A stretch of DNA of 42,059 bases from Candidatus Heimdallarchaeota archaeon. Lineage in GTDB: Archaea; Asgardarchaeota; Wukongarchaeia; Wukongarchaeales; JBHIFL01. The stretch is taken from NCBI GenBank assembly GCA_046761065.1, contig JBHIFL010000037.1:1-42059 (forward strand). The letters are read 5' to 3'. Every line of letters begins with the position of its first letter. The first letter of the stretch is position 1. Below the pieces are notes generated by a model. It did not search any database and was not told the origin of the DNA. It saw nothing but the letters and a program-made list of their open reading frames with translations. Made by a program: the position numbers and the translations under genes. Shown here piece after piece: positions 1 to 10,048 of this stretch.

Positions 1-25
1 CCGTAAAAAAATTTCCTTACGAAAA

Positions 26-847
26 TTAGGCGGACGCCTGTTTCGCGTCTCTTTTCCCGATAGGACAAGAAGTAATACACTTGAAACAGTAGTAGAAAGT
101 CCCTAACATCGATGTTTGCCAAAGTTCCCAGAATACTGGATCCTTTGTCATTTCGCCGACCTTGTCTTCTCCTGTTTTAAACCATTGTCTAGTGAACTTA
201 ATCATCCCAGGAAGCCCATATTTCAAGATCTCTGGGGCGCATTTCCTTACATCGACCTTGCCATTCTCAGTTATAGCGCCAACAGGACAAGCTTTTAAGC
301 ATAAGCCGCACTTATCACAAATCTCCTCTTCCAATTTCTTATTGGGTTTAAGGGGGGCATCTGTTATTACACCAGTTATTCGAACACGTGGACCAAACTT
401 CTTCGTGATTAGTAGCCGGTTTAAACCAATCCTTCCGAGTCCTGCCTCCTCTGCTGCGTGTCGCAACGATACATCAGCGATCATCCCTCGTGTCTCCCAG
501 CTCATCTTAATAGGCAGAAATGGAGGGATTGAAATGGCCTTGTATCCTGAGTCATCAAGAAATCTTGAAATTTCGAAAGCGACTTTATCCAAAACTCCGT
601 AGAGACAGTAGGTTTCGTATTGCGCCGGTCGAATATTTCGATCTGAGCACTCTAATGGTGATGTGAACATCCGCACAGCAGCAACAACTATGGATTTTGC
701 GTCGTTCATCATCTCTTTAATCGTGGATTTATGCCCTTGTAAGTAGTATAAAGACTTGGAAGGGCAGACAGCTACGAGGTCTGCGCCCCACTTCCGAGCT
801 ACACTACTTACATTTCTATCTATCGTATCGTCAGAGTTATGAGACAT
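26..847 (-). CDS. QueG/reductive-dehalogenase-like 4Fe-4S dicluster protein
   Basis: Motifs SLRHAAEEAGLGRIG, FGPRVR..VITDAPL, CDKCGLCLKACP and CFKCITSCP. Start moved to ATG 847, which follows a GGTGA RBS (ORF track starts at 910). Confidence 0.8.
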   Translation of the reverse strand: MSHNSDDTIDRNVSSVARKWGADLVAVCPSKSLYYLQGHKSTIKEMMNDAKSIVVAAVRMFTSPLECSDRNIRPAQYETYCLYGVLDKVAFEISRFLDDSGYKAISIPPFLPIKMSWETRGMIADVSLRHAAEEAGLGRIGLNRLLITKKFGPRVRITGVITDAPLKPNKKLEEEICDKCGLCLKACPVGAITENGKVDVRKCAPEILKYGLPGMIKFTRQWFKTGEDKVGEMTKDPVFWELWQTSMLGTFYYCFKCITSCPIGKRDAKQASA

Positions 848-910
848 AACACTCACCTTTTTGGAGTAGAATTCATCAACCGCATCAATTAGAAATTTAT
901 CAAAAGACAT

Positions 911-1315
911 TCAAATTTTCTGCCATAATGCTTGAACCCTTGCACTTGTTTCTGCGATAACAGGAGCCAAGGCTTGTGGGGAGGCAAATCTCAATTCGGA
1001 AGCGAGTTTCATTATCGAGACATGAGCGACAACAGCTTTTCCTTCTAAATGTTCCTCCTCAAATACTACAAAAGAACAGTGGAAAAAAGTGCCCACATTT
1101 TTAGAGGCGTCAAGTGCCATTTTTGCTAAATCGGGCCCACACACTAAAATAATAGTATACCTAGGGTAATCATCTAAACCCAATTTATTCTTAATTACTT
1201 CATCTATGGCTTTAGTCATGAGAATAGTGAATCCTGCTTCTACAACTAATTTTTCTACATGCTGAACTGCATCGTCAAAAGCCATGGAAATCTGTTTCCG
1301 TAAAATGTTAACCAT
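911..1315 (-). CDS. DUF302 family protein
   Basis: 134 aa; GF..L..ID....K.KLG...Y.I...C.P..A pattern with second Cys (HCSFVV); GAGGT RBS upstream. Confidence 0.75.
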   Translation of the reverse strand: MVNILRKQISMAFDDAVQHVEKLVVEAGFTILMTKAIDEVIKNKLGLDDYPRYTIILVCGPDLAKMALDASKNVGTFFHCSFVVFEEEHLEGKAVVAHVSIMKLASELRFASPQALAPVIAETSARVQALWQKI

Positions 1316-1487
1316 ATTTTCTACCTCAATGGAATTAGTGAAGGAAGGTAATGTTAAGACATGATAATACTCCTAAAACATTTTAATTGTAAAAATATTT
1401 TTTGAAGCTTTTTTACAACTATCTCGCGTTTGTACGAATTCTATACTCCATATACAGATTAATTATGGGATAAAGGAATGATAGAAA

Positions 1488-1891
1488 ATGGAAACAAAGA
1501 TATCTCTCTACCATTGGAACTAAAATACTATTTGTTGTTCTGGCAATCTTAAATGGAACGATTTGAAACACCTGGTACGCTCCGAAAGTGGGAGAGCCAA
1601 GGGAACGTCATATTAGTTCAATTATAGGAATCATGTATATTCTCGTTATCACCTATTTGTTCGTCAGTAAGATCGAACTAAACATCACAAAGACCGATCT
1701 GCTATTGATCGGGGTGTTTTGGTTGATCATTTCCATTATCTTCGAATTTGGCTTTGGACACTATATCATTGGGCATCCTTGGAGCAAGGCTATTAGCTGA
1801 TTATAATATTCTTGAAGGGAGACTATGGAGGATTGTCCTATTAACTACATTCATATCACCCTTATTTTGGGGATTTTTTAAGGAAGTATAG
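1488..1891 (+). pseudogene. Degraded small membrane protein (LAILNG...FEFGFGHY..GHPW..LLADYN...GRLW family)
   Basis: Hydrophobic reading continues across an in-frame TGA (1564-1566) and two frame changes (~1510, ~1790): ...VVLAILNGTI*NTWYAPKVGE...GHPWSK/LLADYNILEGRLWRIVLLTTFISPLFWGFFKEV*. Confidence 0.7.
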
Positions 1892-2035
1892 TGGTGTTTA
1901 ACAATTTTTCTTATTGTAAGGATAAAGAAAAGTGCTGTAATGGGAAGAAACGAGACGAGAGGTGTATTCTGATCCAATATCCACTGATTTAACGAGTAGC
2001 GAATAATATAGGGTTTTAGCTTTTCATGAAATGAT

Positions 2036-2830
2036 TCACAGAGAGTGACTAATGAAGTCGATGCGGCCGCCATCTACTGTAAGCACCTGACCTGTGATAA
2101 AGCTGGCTTTATCAGATGCAAGGAATATGGCAGCGTTAGCAACCTCCTCTGGTTCACCAATCCGCTGTAGGATGCTCTTCTCTTCAAAGTATTTCAGAAA
2201 TTCTTCTTGTTCCGCAGTACTCCGGTTTCCCAAACCCATATCGGTTCGGATGAGACCCGGTGCTATAGCATTCACATTAATCCCATACTTTCCAAACTCC
2301 AGAGCCAAGCGTTTCGTCAGAATCACAACTGCCGCTTTGGTGGAACTATACAGCATATTACCTGGTAATCGGGATGTACCTAGTCCTGCAATTGAAGCGA
2401 TGTTCACAATCTTACCGTAATGGTTCTCTATCATTTGCGGGACAATCGCTTGACTGCAGTATAGAATTCCTTTCACATTCACTTGCCACATTAGGGTGAA
2501 TTCATTATCGTTGAAATCAAATAGAGAGCCGCTTCCCATAAGAACGCCGGCATTGTTTATAAGAATATCAACTCTGCCAAACTCCCTTAACGACTTGTCA
2601 ACCATCTTCTTAACCGCATCACGGTCCCCGACATTCGCTTGAATTGCAACTGCAATTCCACTTTCCCCTCTGATCTCTTCAACAATCTCTTCAGCCAAAG
2701 ATTTACTTCGATGATAATTAATAATCACTTTTGCTCCCTCACGAGCGAATGCTAATGCTGTAGCCCTGCCTATCCCACGTGATGCACCAGTTACTAAAAC
2801 AATTTTATCCTTTAACAAACACATCACCAT
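2036..2830 (-). CDS. Classical SDR oxidoreductase (FabG-like)
   Basis: TGASRGIG, NNAG, YSSTK (YxxxK), VNAIAPG, ITGQVLTVDGG. Confidence 0.95.
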   Translation of the reverse strand: MVMCLLKDKIVLVTGASRGIGRATALAFAREGAKVIINYHRSKSLAEEIVEEIRGESGIAVAIQANVGDRDAVKKMVDKSLREFGRVDILINNAGVLMGSGSLFDFNDNEFTLMWQVNVKGILYCSQAIVPQMIENHYGKIVNIASIAGLGTSRLPGNMLYSSTKAAVVILTKRLALEFGKYGINVNAIAPGLIRTDMGLGNRSTAEQEEFLKYFEEKSILQRIGEPEEVANAAIFLASDKASFITGQVLTVDGGRIDFISHSL

Positions 2831-3112
2831 TCAATCAATGAAATTCTTTTTAACACGTTATCAAGCACATATATCTATAAACCCATAACCTATGAATTTA
2901 TTTCATGAGAATTTTATCCCATTGCTGAGGCTATAAATAAAAGACCTTATGTGGAAGATCCGCCTTAAAAAATAATGATGGGTATAAGGGTCAACATAAT
3001 GCCTAATGAACCATTTGGGGCATATAATTAGAGAACATCAAACCCAGATCAATCTGCAAGATAATTTATTATGCAAAGCTAAATTTAATAACCTGCGCAA
3101 TATTATACAAAG

Positions 3113-4300
3113 GTGCGAGTATTGCCTCGCTTTTTGACGGTCATTCGAAACAAGAATATACAGATTCTACTTGTGTATCGAGGACTTCGAAGCGTAATAT
3201 ACGCGGGTCCTACGCTTTTCCAATATTACGTTCTATTTGTTCTATTGGTATCTCCTAAGATTCTCGGAGTCATAATTTTTGTAGGATACTTCACCTCGAT
3301 GTTTGGGTCGTTGCTAGGAGGATACTTCACTGATAAGGTGGGAAGAAAACTTACTCTTATTGTGTCATCCTTTCTAGCAGGATGTGGCTGGATAGCACTT
3401 TCACTCAGTCAAAATTGGATACAGACAGCATTGTCATTTGGATTGACAAACGGATTGATGGTTTGTGCCTATCCTGCATACACCGCATTGGTTTCGGATA
3501 GTATACCTGAAGATGTCGGTAGTGGTCTTGGAATTCTAAACACCATCACCGGCATTATATGGGCGATTGGAGCGCTTTTGGCAGCCACTACTGCTGAGTA
3601 TCTAGGATTTAGATATTTATTTATGATCATAGCCATTCCCTATTTTGTCTCGTTAGCTCCAACTTTAAGGATCGAGGAGCGGAAATCCAAAGAAACTAAT
3701 AAACCCTTCAAGTTCGCACGTTTTAATCACTTTAACATACTTAAAGAAAGTCCCAATCTATTCTTTCTATCATTATCCGTGTTACTCGTCACTTTTGGAT
3801 TATACTCTGTTAATTTTTATGCAGACTACGTTGAAAAAGAATTTAATATTAGCAAGTTACAAGTGGGGATATTTGATTCCATCTACCAATTTACATGGGC
3901 TCTGACCAATTACCCTTTGGGATCATTATCCGACAGGATAGGGAGAAAGAAAGTCATTATTTTTGGCTACACTCTTGAGGGGATAGCTTGGCTCCTTTTT
4001 TTCAACCATTCCCTTTTTTGGCTTTTCATCCTTTATGCGGTTTATGCTTTGGGAAGCTCGATGGGATACTTTGCTACAGCACTAGCTATGGATATTACTT
4101 CAAAGCAAAAGAAAGGCACGGCTGTTGGCGTCTTCAATAGTTTCATGTATATAGGCATTTTATTGAGCGGGATTGTAGGAGGTATTCTCTGGGAATACTT
4201 TGGTGCTTTAACATCATTCCGGATCACGTTTATAACAGCTATTGTGGCCACTCTGATCATATATTTCTTTGTAAAGGGTACAGAACAGAATTCGAGCTGA
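3113..4300 (+). CDS. MFS transporter
   Basis: 395 aa, ~12 hydrophobic segments, motif A twice (GYFTDKVGRK, GSLSDRIGRK). Confidence 0.93.
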   Translation: MRVLPRFLTVIRNKNIQILLVYRGLRSVIYAGPTLFQYYVLFVLLVSPKILGVIIFVGYFTSMFGSLLGGYFTDKVGRKLTLIVSSFLAGCGWIALSLSQNWIQTALSFGLTNGLMVCAYPAYTALVSDSIPEDVGSGLGILNTITGIIWAIGALLAATTAEYLGFRYLFMIIAIPYFVSLAPTLRIEERKSKETNKPFKFARFNHFNILKESPNLFFLSLSVLLVTFGLYSVNFYADYVEKEFNISKLQVGIFDSIYQFTWALTNYPLGSLSDRIGRKKVIIFGYTLEGIAWLLFFNHSLFWLFILYAVYALGSSMGYFATALAMDITSKQKKGTAVGVFNSFMYIGILLSGIVGGILWEYFGALTSFRITFITAIVATLIIYFFVKGTEQNSS

Positions 4301-4592
4301 AAAAATCCCAAGATATATTGAAGTTATAAATAGACAAATCTTGTTGAATATGTAAAAATTTCTAAACAGCTATTATGCAAATTTTAACGATTTATCATAT
4401 ATTATCTTAGAATATTTAGCATATTATTCTTTGAGGATGCCTCCGATGGTTATGAGAGTCACAATCGCGTAGTTTCATCCAAAATGCTTGTTCCTAGTAT
4501 AGAAGGTTGCATTAAGCACTTTCGGTTATAAAAAAGGTTATAAAGATGCCTTAAATAACTGTGAGACCTGTATGAGATGAAACTTACATGGA

Positions 4593-4850
4593 ATGATAAG
4601 CATGAAAACGACTGAGCCCATCAAAAAACGATTAATTGTCGCAATAGTTGTGGGAGGTGTTATTATTTTATTAACAGGATTGTTATCAAATCAATCGGGT
4701 CTACTTGGTGTGAACTATTGGGGATACCCTCTCCCATGGCTAAAACAAGTTGTTTATCCTGATACCCCTAGAGTCATTCGTTGGGATTATTTTTTTCTTG
4801 ATTGGCCTTTTTTGGGCAGGTATAGTTTTTTGCGTGCGTTATGTAATTGA
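4593..4850 (+). CDS. Small membrane protein, possibly frameshifted in a T6 run at 4808-4813
   Basis: TM segment then WGYPLPWL...F.LDW motif; removing one T gives a second hydrophobic segment ending at 4875. Confidence 0.55.
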   Translation: MISMKTTEPIKKRLIVAIVVGGVIILLTGLLSNQSGLLGVNYWGYPLPWLKQVVYPDTPRVIRWDYFFLDWPFLGRYSFLRALCN

Positions 4851-4876
4851 TCGCTTGTTGAAATCTACCCCGTGAT

Positions 4877-6091
4877 TCATAGGGTAAGTTGCTTTACGTT
4901 TCCTTCGGCATCAATGGATTCGAAAAGGAGTGGGGACCCTTCACCCCCAATTTTATCAAATTTAAGAGCGTCTTGCATAATGGTAAGGAACTCAAGTGGA
5001 TTGACACATGCCTCTGGGGGCAACACACCTTTGTCCTGAATTCTACCGCGTTGCATTAGGGTTGCTCCAAGAGCGGCTGGAATGCCAGTGCCCTCGCCCA
5101 TTGATTGTCCCTTTGAAGCCATGGAAAACACATATTGGTGTGGTTTTCCAGCTTTTTGCCCCTTGATTACAATTTTCAAACATCCACGTTGCTCCCCAAA
5201 CTCAGTTTGTCGAAGAATTTTTTCTCTCTGATCGAGAACATATGCTATTGTAAAATCTAGGGGAGCGATCTTCAACCCTTTCACATCAATCGGTTGGTCG
5301 CTTACTAGACCAAGGTTAACAATTTCCATGATTAAGCGATAATATACAGGCGGTAAGACACACCCCATATTCGTAACTCGCTTACAAGGGATATATCTCG
5401 GGAGTGTAATTGTCTCTGGATGGGGGTAGGGATAAACTCTATACCTACCAAGGAGATGAAAGTCCACGTCTTCCTGTAGAGCCTTTCCATCCTCTTTGAA
5501 AAATCGAACGGTTGTGAGCTTCCCATCCAGAAACATAGGTATTGGTATTAACATACTATGGATTCTGTGTGCTATAACTGCAGCTCCCTCGGTTGGTTCA
5601 CCACCATGGGCGTGGTAAATGTCAATCGAGTCAATTGCTTCCAACAGTTGATCCGCGCAGAGTCTTACTAACAAATTCGCGACGCCTGGTGAACTTCCCA
5701 TTCCAATTAGCGCCGAAATGTTGGCGTGTTTAGCCATATCATTCATCTTTAGGAGTTCTTGGGTAGCATCAATATCATCGCAAACATCAACATAATCGAT
5801 TCCAGATTCAATGACGGCGTTCAGAATGATTGGGGCAAACCGGTAAAACGGACCAATACAGTTCAGCACCACATCGGATTCCTTGATGGCGTTCTTGATA
5901 CTCTGGGGTTCGAGAGCATCAACTCTAACAGTGGAGACCCCTTCATGTTCGAGTTCGGTGCAAAATTTCTTGGCTTTTTCCGTAGCAATATCAGCGATAA
6001 CGATCTCTGAAAAATCCTCAAGATTCGAAAGGGTCCTCACTGCTATACTTCCAACAGTCCCACACCCACCAAGAATAGTTATTCGAGACAT
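4877..6091 (-). CDS. Saccharopine dehydrogenase family (lysine 6-dehydrogenase-like) oxidoreductase
   Basis: N-terminal Rossmann GGCGTVG, NCIGPFY, YVDVCDD, GMGSSPG, HPETITLP, GVLPPEA. Confidence 0.9.
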   Translation of the reverse strand: MSRITILGGCGTVGSIAVRTLSNLEDFSEIVIADIATEKAKKFCTELEHEGVSTVRVDALEPQSIKNAIKESDVVLNCIGPFYRFAPIILNAVIESGIDYVDVCDDIDATQELLKMNDMAKHANISALIGMGSSPGVANLLVRLCADQLLEAIDSIDIYHAHGGEPTEGAAVIAHRIHSMLIPIPMFLDGKLTTVRFFKEDGKALQEDVDFHLLGRYRVYPYPHPETITLPRYIPCKRVTNMGCVLPPVYYRLIMEIVNLGLVSDQPIDVKGLKIAPLDFTIAYVLDQREKILRQTEFGEQRGCLKIVIKGQKAGKPHQYVFSMASKGQSMGEGTGIPAALGATLMQRGRIQDKGVLPPEACVNPLEFLTIMQDALKFDKIGGEGSPLLFESIDAEGNVKQLTL

Positions 6092-6181
6092 GCTTGATCC
6101 TTAAGTTGCTTGCCTATATATGTGTACCGAGGTTGAATCATTGTACTCAAAGAGTATTTGTTTTGTATTTATTGAGTATGT

Positions 6182-6341
6182 GTGGACCACTCCGTTACTG
6201 ACGACGGAGTTTCCCCCTATCGCGCTCTGAGATCCTTTCTGTGCGACGTTCGTTGTGGAGAATCGGGACAGGACACAGCCCCCCATCTCGTAGGATATAC
6301 CCTAGAGACCTGTTTAGAATATTCCGTATGCATTTCAGGTC
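6182..6341 (-). ncRNA. Putative TnpB omegaRNA (reRNA) scaffold of the mini-element
   Basis: Reads DLKCIRNILNRSLGYILRD (TnpB RuvC-III tail), followed by stems TCTCTAGG/CCTACGAGA, TTCTCC/GGGGAA and terminal CTCCGT/ACGGAG. omegaRNAs are known to overlap the tnpB 3' end and right end. Confidence 0.6.
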
Positions 6342-6544
6342 CTCTTTGGACTCCAGGAGAGGTATCAACTTTTAGGACGGATCTGGATAAATAGGTCCCT
6401 GACGAACAATTTTATGGGTCGTTCTTTTATATTTTCTCTGAGAAGATAAGGAACTCTCATATGAGATCCTTATTGGGCTTGTGTTCTTATAATTAAAGCT
6501 CTATTCATCTCTTGTTCTCGATGAAATGTAAAGGGTTTCAGGAT

Positions 6545-6682
6545 CTATTTAAGAAGTTCCCCAAGGTCCAAACTGAGGTCCGAAAAGGATGGTTCCGATC
6601 CTGCAGGTATTTTGTGAGTATTACCGGAGAGGTGAGTTGTGACGTGATCCAAAAGACTATCGAGTGTGTGGAGCAGGGGTGA
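6545..6682 (+). pseudogene. tnpA: tnpA (Y1 HUH transposase) C-terminal stub
   Basis: LFKKFPKVQTEVRKGWFRSCRYFVSITGEVSCDVIQKTIECVEQG* resembles the TnpA tail LF..FP.L......W...YF..T.G.VS...I..YIE. No HUH motif; catalytic Tyr replaced. Confidence 0.75.
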
Positions 6683-6870
6683 ACGGTATTCATTACCACT
6701 ACAAGGGAACGGGGACTTCCGCCTTAACATCTATCAAATTCTGAGGGTGATAAGATTAGAAAATAAACAAATGATTTGAAGAGTCAATCCAAAATGATGG
6801 TTGTGAAATGTTGCCCTTATCTGGCAATGTTACTAATTTGTTTTTTCAAACAAGAAATTCTTAAAAGGGT

Positions 6871-8079
6871 ATGGGCGACTTGATCCCTGAGGAAATTATA
6901 ATGGGCGTAGTTAGGACACACGTTAATGAGACTGAGACAGTAGAGCTACTTAAAAGGCTTGTTAGTATCAACTCAGTCAATCCTTCACTAGTAAAGGGAG
7001 CGCCTGGAGAGGCTGAAATTGCAGAATTCGTCGCTGATTTCTTACAGGGACTTGGCCTTGAAATGCAAGTAGATGAGATAGAGCCAGGACGCCCAAATGT
7101 CATCGGGATCCTGAAAGGAGCAGATCAGGGGCCCAAATTAATGTTGAATGGGCACTTGGACACCGTGGGAATCGATTACATGGAGATCGACCCACTTGAT
7201 CCTGTGGTGAAAAAGGGTAAACTCTTTGGTCGAGGTGCCAATGATATGAAGAGTGGATTAGCCGCTATTTTAGCAGCCACCAAAGCAGTTGCAGATTCCA
7301 ATGTGATCCTTCGAGGCGATCTCATAGTTGCGGCGGTGTGTGATGAAGAGTATGCGAGTATTGGCACTGATCGATTGATGGAGCAGGTAACGGCGGATGC
7401 AGCGATTGTTGGGGAGCCAACAAGACTACAGATCCTCATTGCACACAAAGGGTTCGCGTGGATTGATGTTGAGACCCGAGGGGTGGCGGCGCATGGAAGT
7501 CGGTGGCAGATCGGCGTAGATGCTATTGCAAAGATGGGAAAAGTTCTTGTGGAACTCGAAACACTTCAAAATGACATGTCTCAGCGGAAAGGGCATACCC
7601 TCGTAGGGCCTCCCTCAGTTCACGCGTCAGTTATTCAAGGTGGCCTCGAACTGAGTACCTATCCCGATTATTGTAAGTTGCAGGTCGAAAGGCGGTTGAT
7701 TCCGGGGGAGGACTCGAGGATTGTGGATGCAGAGATGAAGAGCATCTTAACATCCCTCTCAAAGACAGATTCCAAATTTAATGGAAGATACCAGATCAAA
7801 TTTGTCCGCGGCCCAATGGAAGTCTCACCAGACGAAAAAATTTGCCAGGTATTACACAGGAACATCTTAGAGGCTACGGGCAACAAACCCCAATTTATTG
7901 GGAGTGCTGGTTGGCTCGATTCCGAGATTATCTGTAAACGAGGAATCCCAGTTGTCGCTTTCGGACCCCGAGGAATTGGATCTCATGCTGCTGTGGAGTA
8001 CGTTGAGCTAGACTCGGTGATCGATGCAGCTAAGATCCTCGAACGAGTCATAACCCAATTTTGTGAATCAGTAGGTTGA
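6871..8079 (+). CDS. ArgE/DapE family M20A deacylase
   Basis: NGHLDTV, GRGANDMK, CDEE, VGEPT, AHKG, AAHGS, C-terminal SH..VEYV. Confidence 0.93.
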   Translation: MGDLIPEEIIMGVVRTHVNETETVELLKRLVSINSVNPSLVKGAPGEAEIAEFVADFLQGLGLEMQVDEIEPGRPNVIGILKGADQGPKLMLNGHLDTVGIDYMEIDPLDPVVKKGKLFGRGANDMKSGLAAILAATKAVADSNVILRGDLIVAAVCDEEYASIGTDRLMEQVTADAAIVGEPTRLQILIAHKGFAWIDVETRGVAAHGSRWQIGVDAIAKMGKVLVELETLQNDMSQRKGHTLVGPPSVHASVIQGGLELSTYPDYCKLQVERRLIPGEDSRIVDAEMKSILTSLSKTDSKFNGRYQIKFVRGPMEVSPDEKICQVLHRNILEATGNKPQFIGSAGWLDSEIICKRGIPVVAFGPRGIGSHAAVEYVELDSVIDAAKILERVITQFCESVG

Positions 8080-8459
8080 TGTAACCCACTTGAATTGCAA
8101 GTTCCAAAAATAAAGTAAAAGAAGTTTCCCCAATTAATTTGCTCAACATGGTTTCGAAATTTTCTACAATGCGAGAAATCTTCGATTTATATTTTACAGT
8201 TAAAAATTATCAATTTCAGGTATTTTAGGGCTCATCAAAGATTGAACCCTTAGATACAAGCCCTAAAACAGAACGACTGCCTCTTGTGGGGAATTATTGG
8301 TCACCCAGCTTCAATTTAAGATGTTTCAATAAACAACTGATAACAGAACGCATCTAGGATCTATTGTAAATTTTACCATTTTATGTAGCAGAAGGGTTTC
8401 TCTTATGAGAGTTGGTTTAGTTAACCCAAAGTCTTAAGACCTTTTCCCTTCTAGTATAG

Positions 8460-8579
8460 AGCAATAACTTCGTCCTTGGGGTTGAAACCTTAATCTTTTT
8501 GAGTTTCAGGAGGAATCATAATTTTACTGGCTTGGATGATACCTTCTCAACTGTAAATCCATTTTTCACTTTTGACGTA
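8460..8579 (-). pseudogene. Possible heavily degraded AbrB/MazE-like gene fragment
   Basis: YVKSEKWIYS*EGIIQASKIMIPPETQKD*GFNPKDEVI resembles a KI.IP.E....G....D.V swapped-hairpin pattern; two stops. Confidence 0.3.
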
Positions 8580-8661
8580 TCAACAATTTAAGTAACCGTT
8601 CTAATACGGCTTGGGGAATATAACCATGATCTTTCGATAAAACCTAATAAATAACCTTCTT

Positions 8662-9795
8662 TCAGAGGATTGCCCTCTTTCCATTATACCTTTTAGTGTC
8701 GTAATGCTTGTCCACATCCACGAGTCTTAATTTTCCGATAATCTCCTTGAGGGGAATAGAAGTAATCTTCCCAAGTGAGTAGCTTACCATTCTTCCAAAA
8801 TCTTCATTTAGAATCATATCAACTGCCGCAATACCAAACCATCTTGCCATAAGTCGATCTCGGGCAGATGGTTTTCCTCCTCTCTGTAAGTGACTCAATA
8901 TGACGTAACGTGTCTCAATATTTGTTTTGTTTTCGATTTGTTTTGCAATGTAAGCAGCTATCCCTCCAAGAGATCGATGCCCAAAATCATCAACCTTCTC
9001 ATCTTTGAAAATTTCTTTCTCTCCTTCGAGTTTTGCCCCTTCAGCAACAATTGCAATGCTATACCGGATCCCTCGCCTTTTTCGTTCAAGGAGAATGTCA
9101 CATACACGATCCATGTTAAAGGGATGCTCAGGGATAAGGATAATTGAAGTCCCACTACATTCACCCCCCCGCAAAGCCAACCAGCCCGCATGACGTCCCA
9201 TTGTTTCAACTACAAATATTCGACTGTGAGAGCCTGCTGTGGTGCGTAAACGGTCCACCTCTTCCATAATCACATTCAAAGCAGAATCAAACCCGAGTGA
9301 ATAATCGGTACCTACTAGATCGCCATCGATGGTCTTAGGAATTCCGATCGTCTTGATTCCACGTTTATGCAATTTATAGGCAACACCAAGGGTGTCATCG
9401 CCTCCAATAGCCACGATCACATCGATACCAAGTTTTGTAATATTCTCAAGTAATATCTCCGATCGATCATTCTGAGGATTAAAGGGGTTTGTTCGAGATG
9501 TGCCAAGATTTGTTCCGCCATAGCGATCCCATGTTCGGACTAAATCTTCATCCAAAGGCATGAGACGCTTGATACGGCTCTTAGGATCTTCAGGATCAAC
9601 TTCAACTAAACCCCTCCAACCTTCTCGAATTCCGAAGACTTCAAATTTTTCCAAACGGTTTTTTTCAAGATGAGGATCCAATGCTGTTTTTGTTACCCAT
9701 TTAACTGCTCCATTTAGGCCGGGACAATCCCCTCCGCCAGTTAATACTGCAATCTTCATCATAATAATTTCCTCCCATTTCTGAATACCAAACAC
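8662..9795 (-). CDS. pfp: PfkA-family phosphofructokinase, PPi-dependent signature
   Basis: GGGDCPGLN, GGDDT (Asp at E. coli position 104), IPKTIDGD (Lys124), VETMGRHAGW, HLQRGG. True start probably MMKIAV. Confidence 0.85.
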   Translation of the reverse strand: MFGIQKWEEIIMMKIAVLTGGGDCPGLNGAVKWVTKTALDPHLEKNRLEKFEVFGIREGWRGLVEVDPEDPKSRIKRLMPLDEDLVRTWDRYGGTNLGTSRTNPFNPQNDRSEILLENITKLGIDVIVAIGGDDTLGVAYKLHKRGIKTIGIPKTIDGDLVGTDYSLGFDSALNVIMEEVDRLRTTAGSHSRIFVVETMGRHAGWLALRGGECSGTSIILIPEHPFNMDRVCDILLERKRRGIRYSIAIVAEGAKLEGEKEIFKDEKVDDFGHRSLGGIAAYIAKQIENKTNIETRYVILSHLQRGGKPSARDRLMARWFGIAAVDMILNEDFGRMVSYSLGKITSIPLKEIIGKLRLVDVDKHYDTKRYNGKRAIL

Positions 9796-10048
9796 TCTAA
9801 ATTAAAAGAATTAGACTATAAATATTTTAATCAATTTGCTTATTATGGCAAGAGGTTGCGTTTCCTCATACAATTAGAGATTTATTTTTTTAAAAGGAAA
9901 ATATTAGTTCGATACATATAATAAAGAGGATGAAACGGATACTTACTCGGCGGTATGGACACAAACACTTATTTCAAGGGCTTTTATCTTAGTAAGAAGT
10001 GAAAATCAAATTACATAATATCAGATTTGATATTGAAGTGATTGGAGC

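Larger units (their letters stand above)
6182..6732 (-). mobile_element. Non-autonomous IS200/IS605 mini-element (internal deletion relative of the 31245-32849 element)
   Basis: Colinear homology with 31245-31400 (tnpB 3' end and right-end hairpin) and 32480-32849 (intergenic part, tnpA stub, left-end hairpin). Right end GAAACTCCGT..ACGGAGTGGTCCAC; TTGAT adjacent to the left end (6733-6737). Left boundary uncertain by about 1 nt. Confidence 0.85.

Noticed and set aside
8216-8226. 11-nt match (TCAGGTATTTT) to the predicted TnpB guide
   Set aside because: Short, AT-rich and not preceded by TTTAT; consistent with chance.
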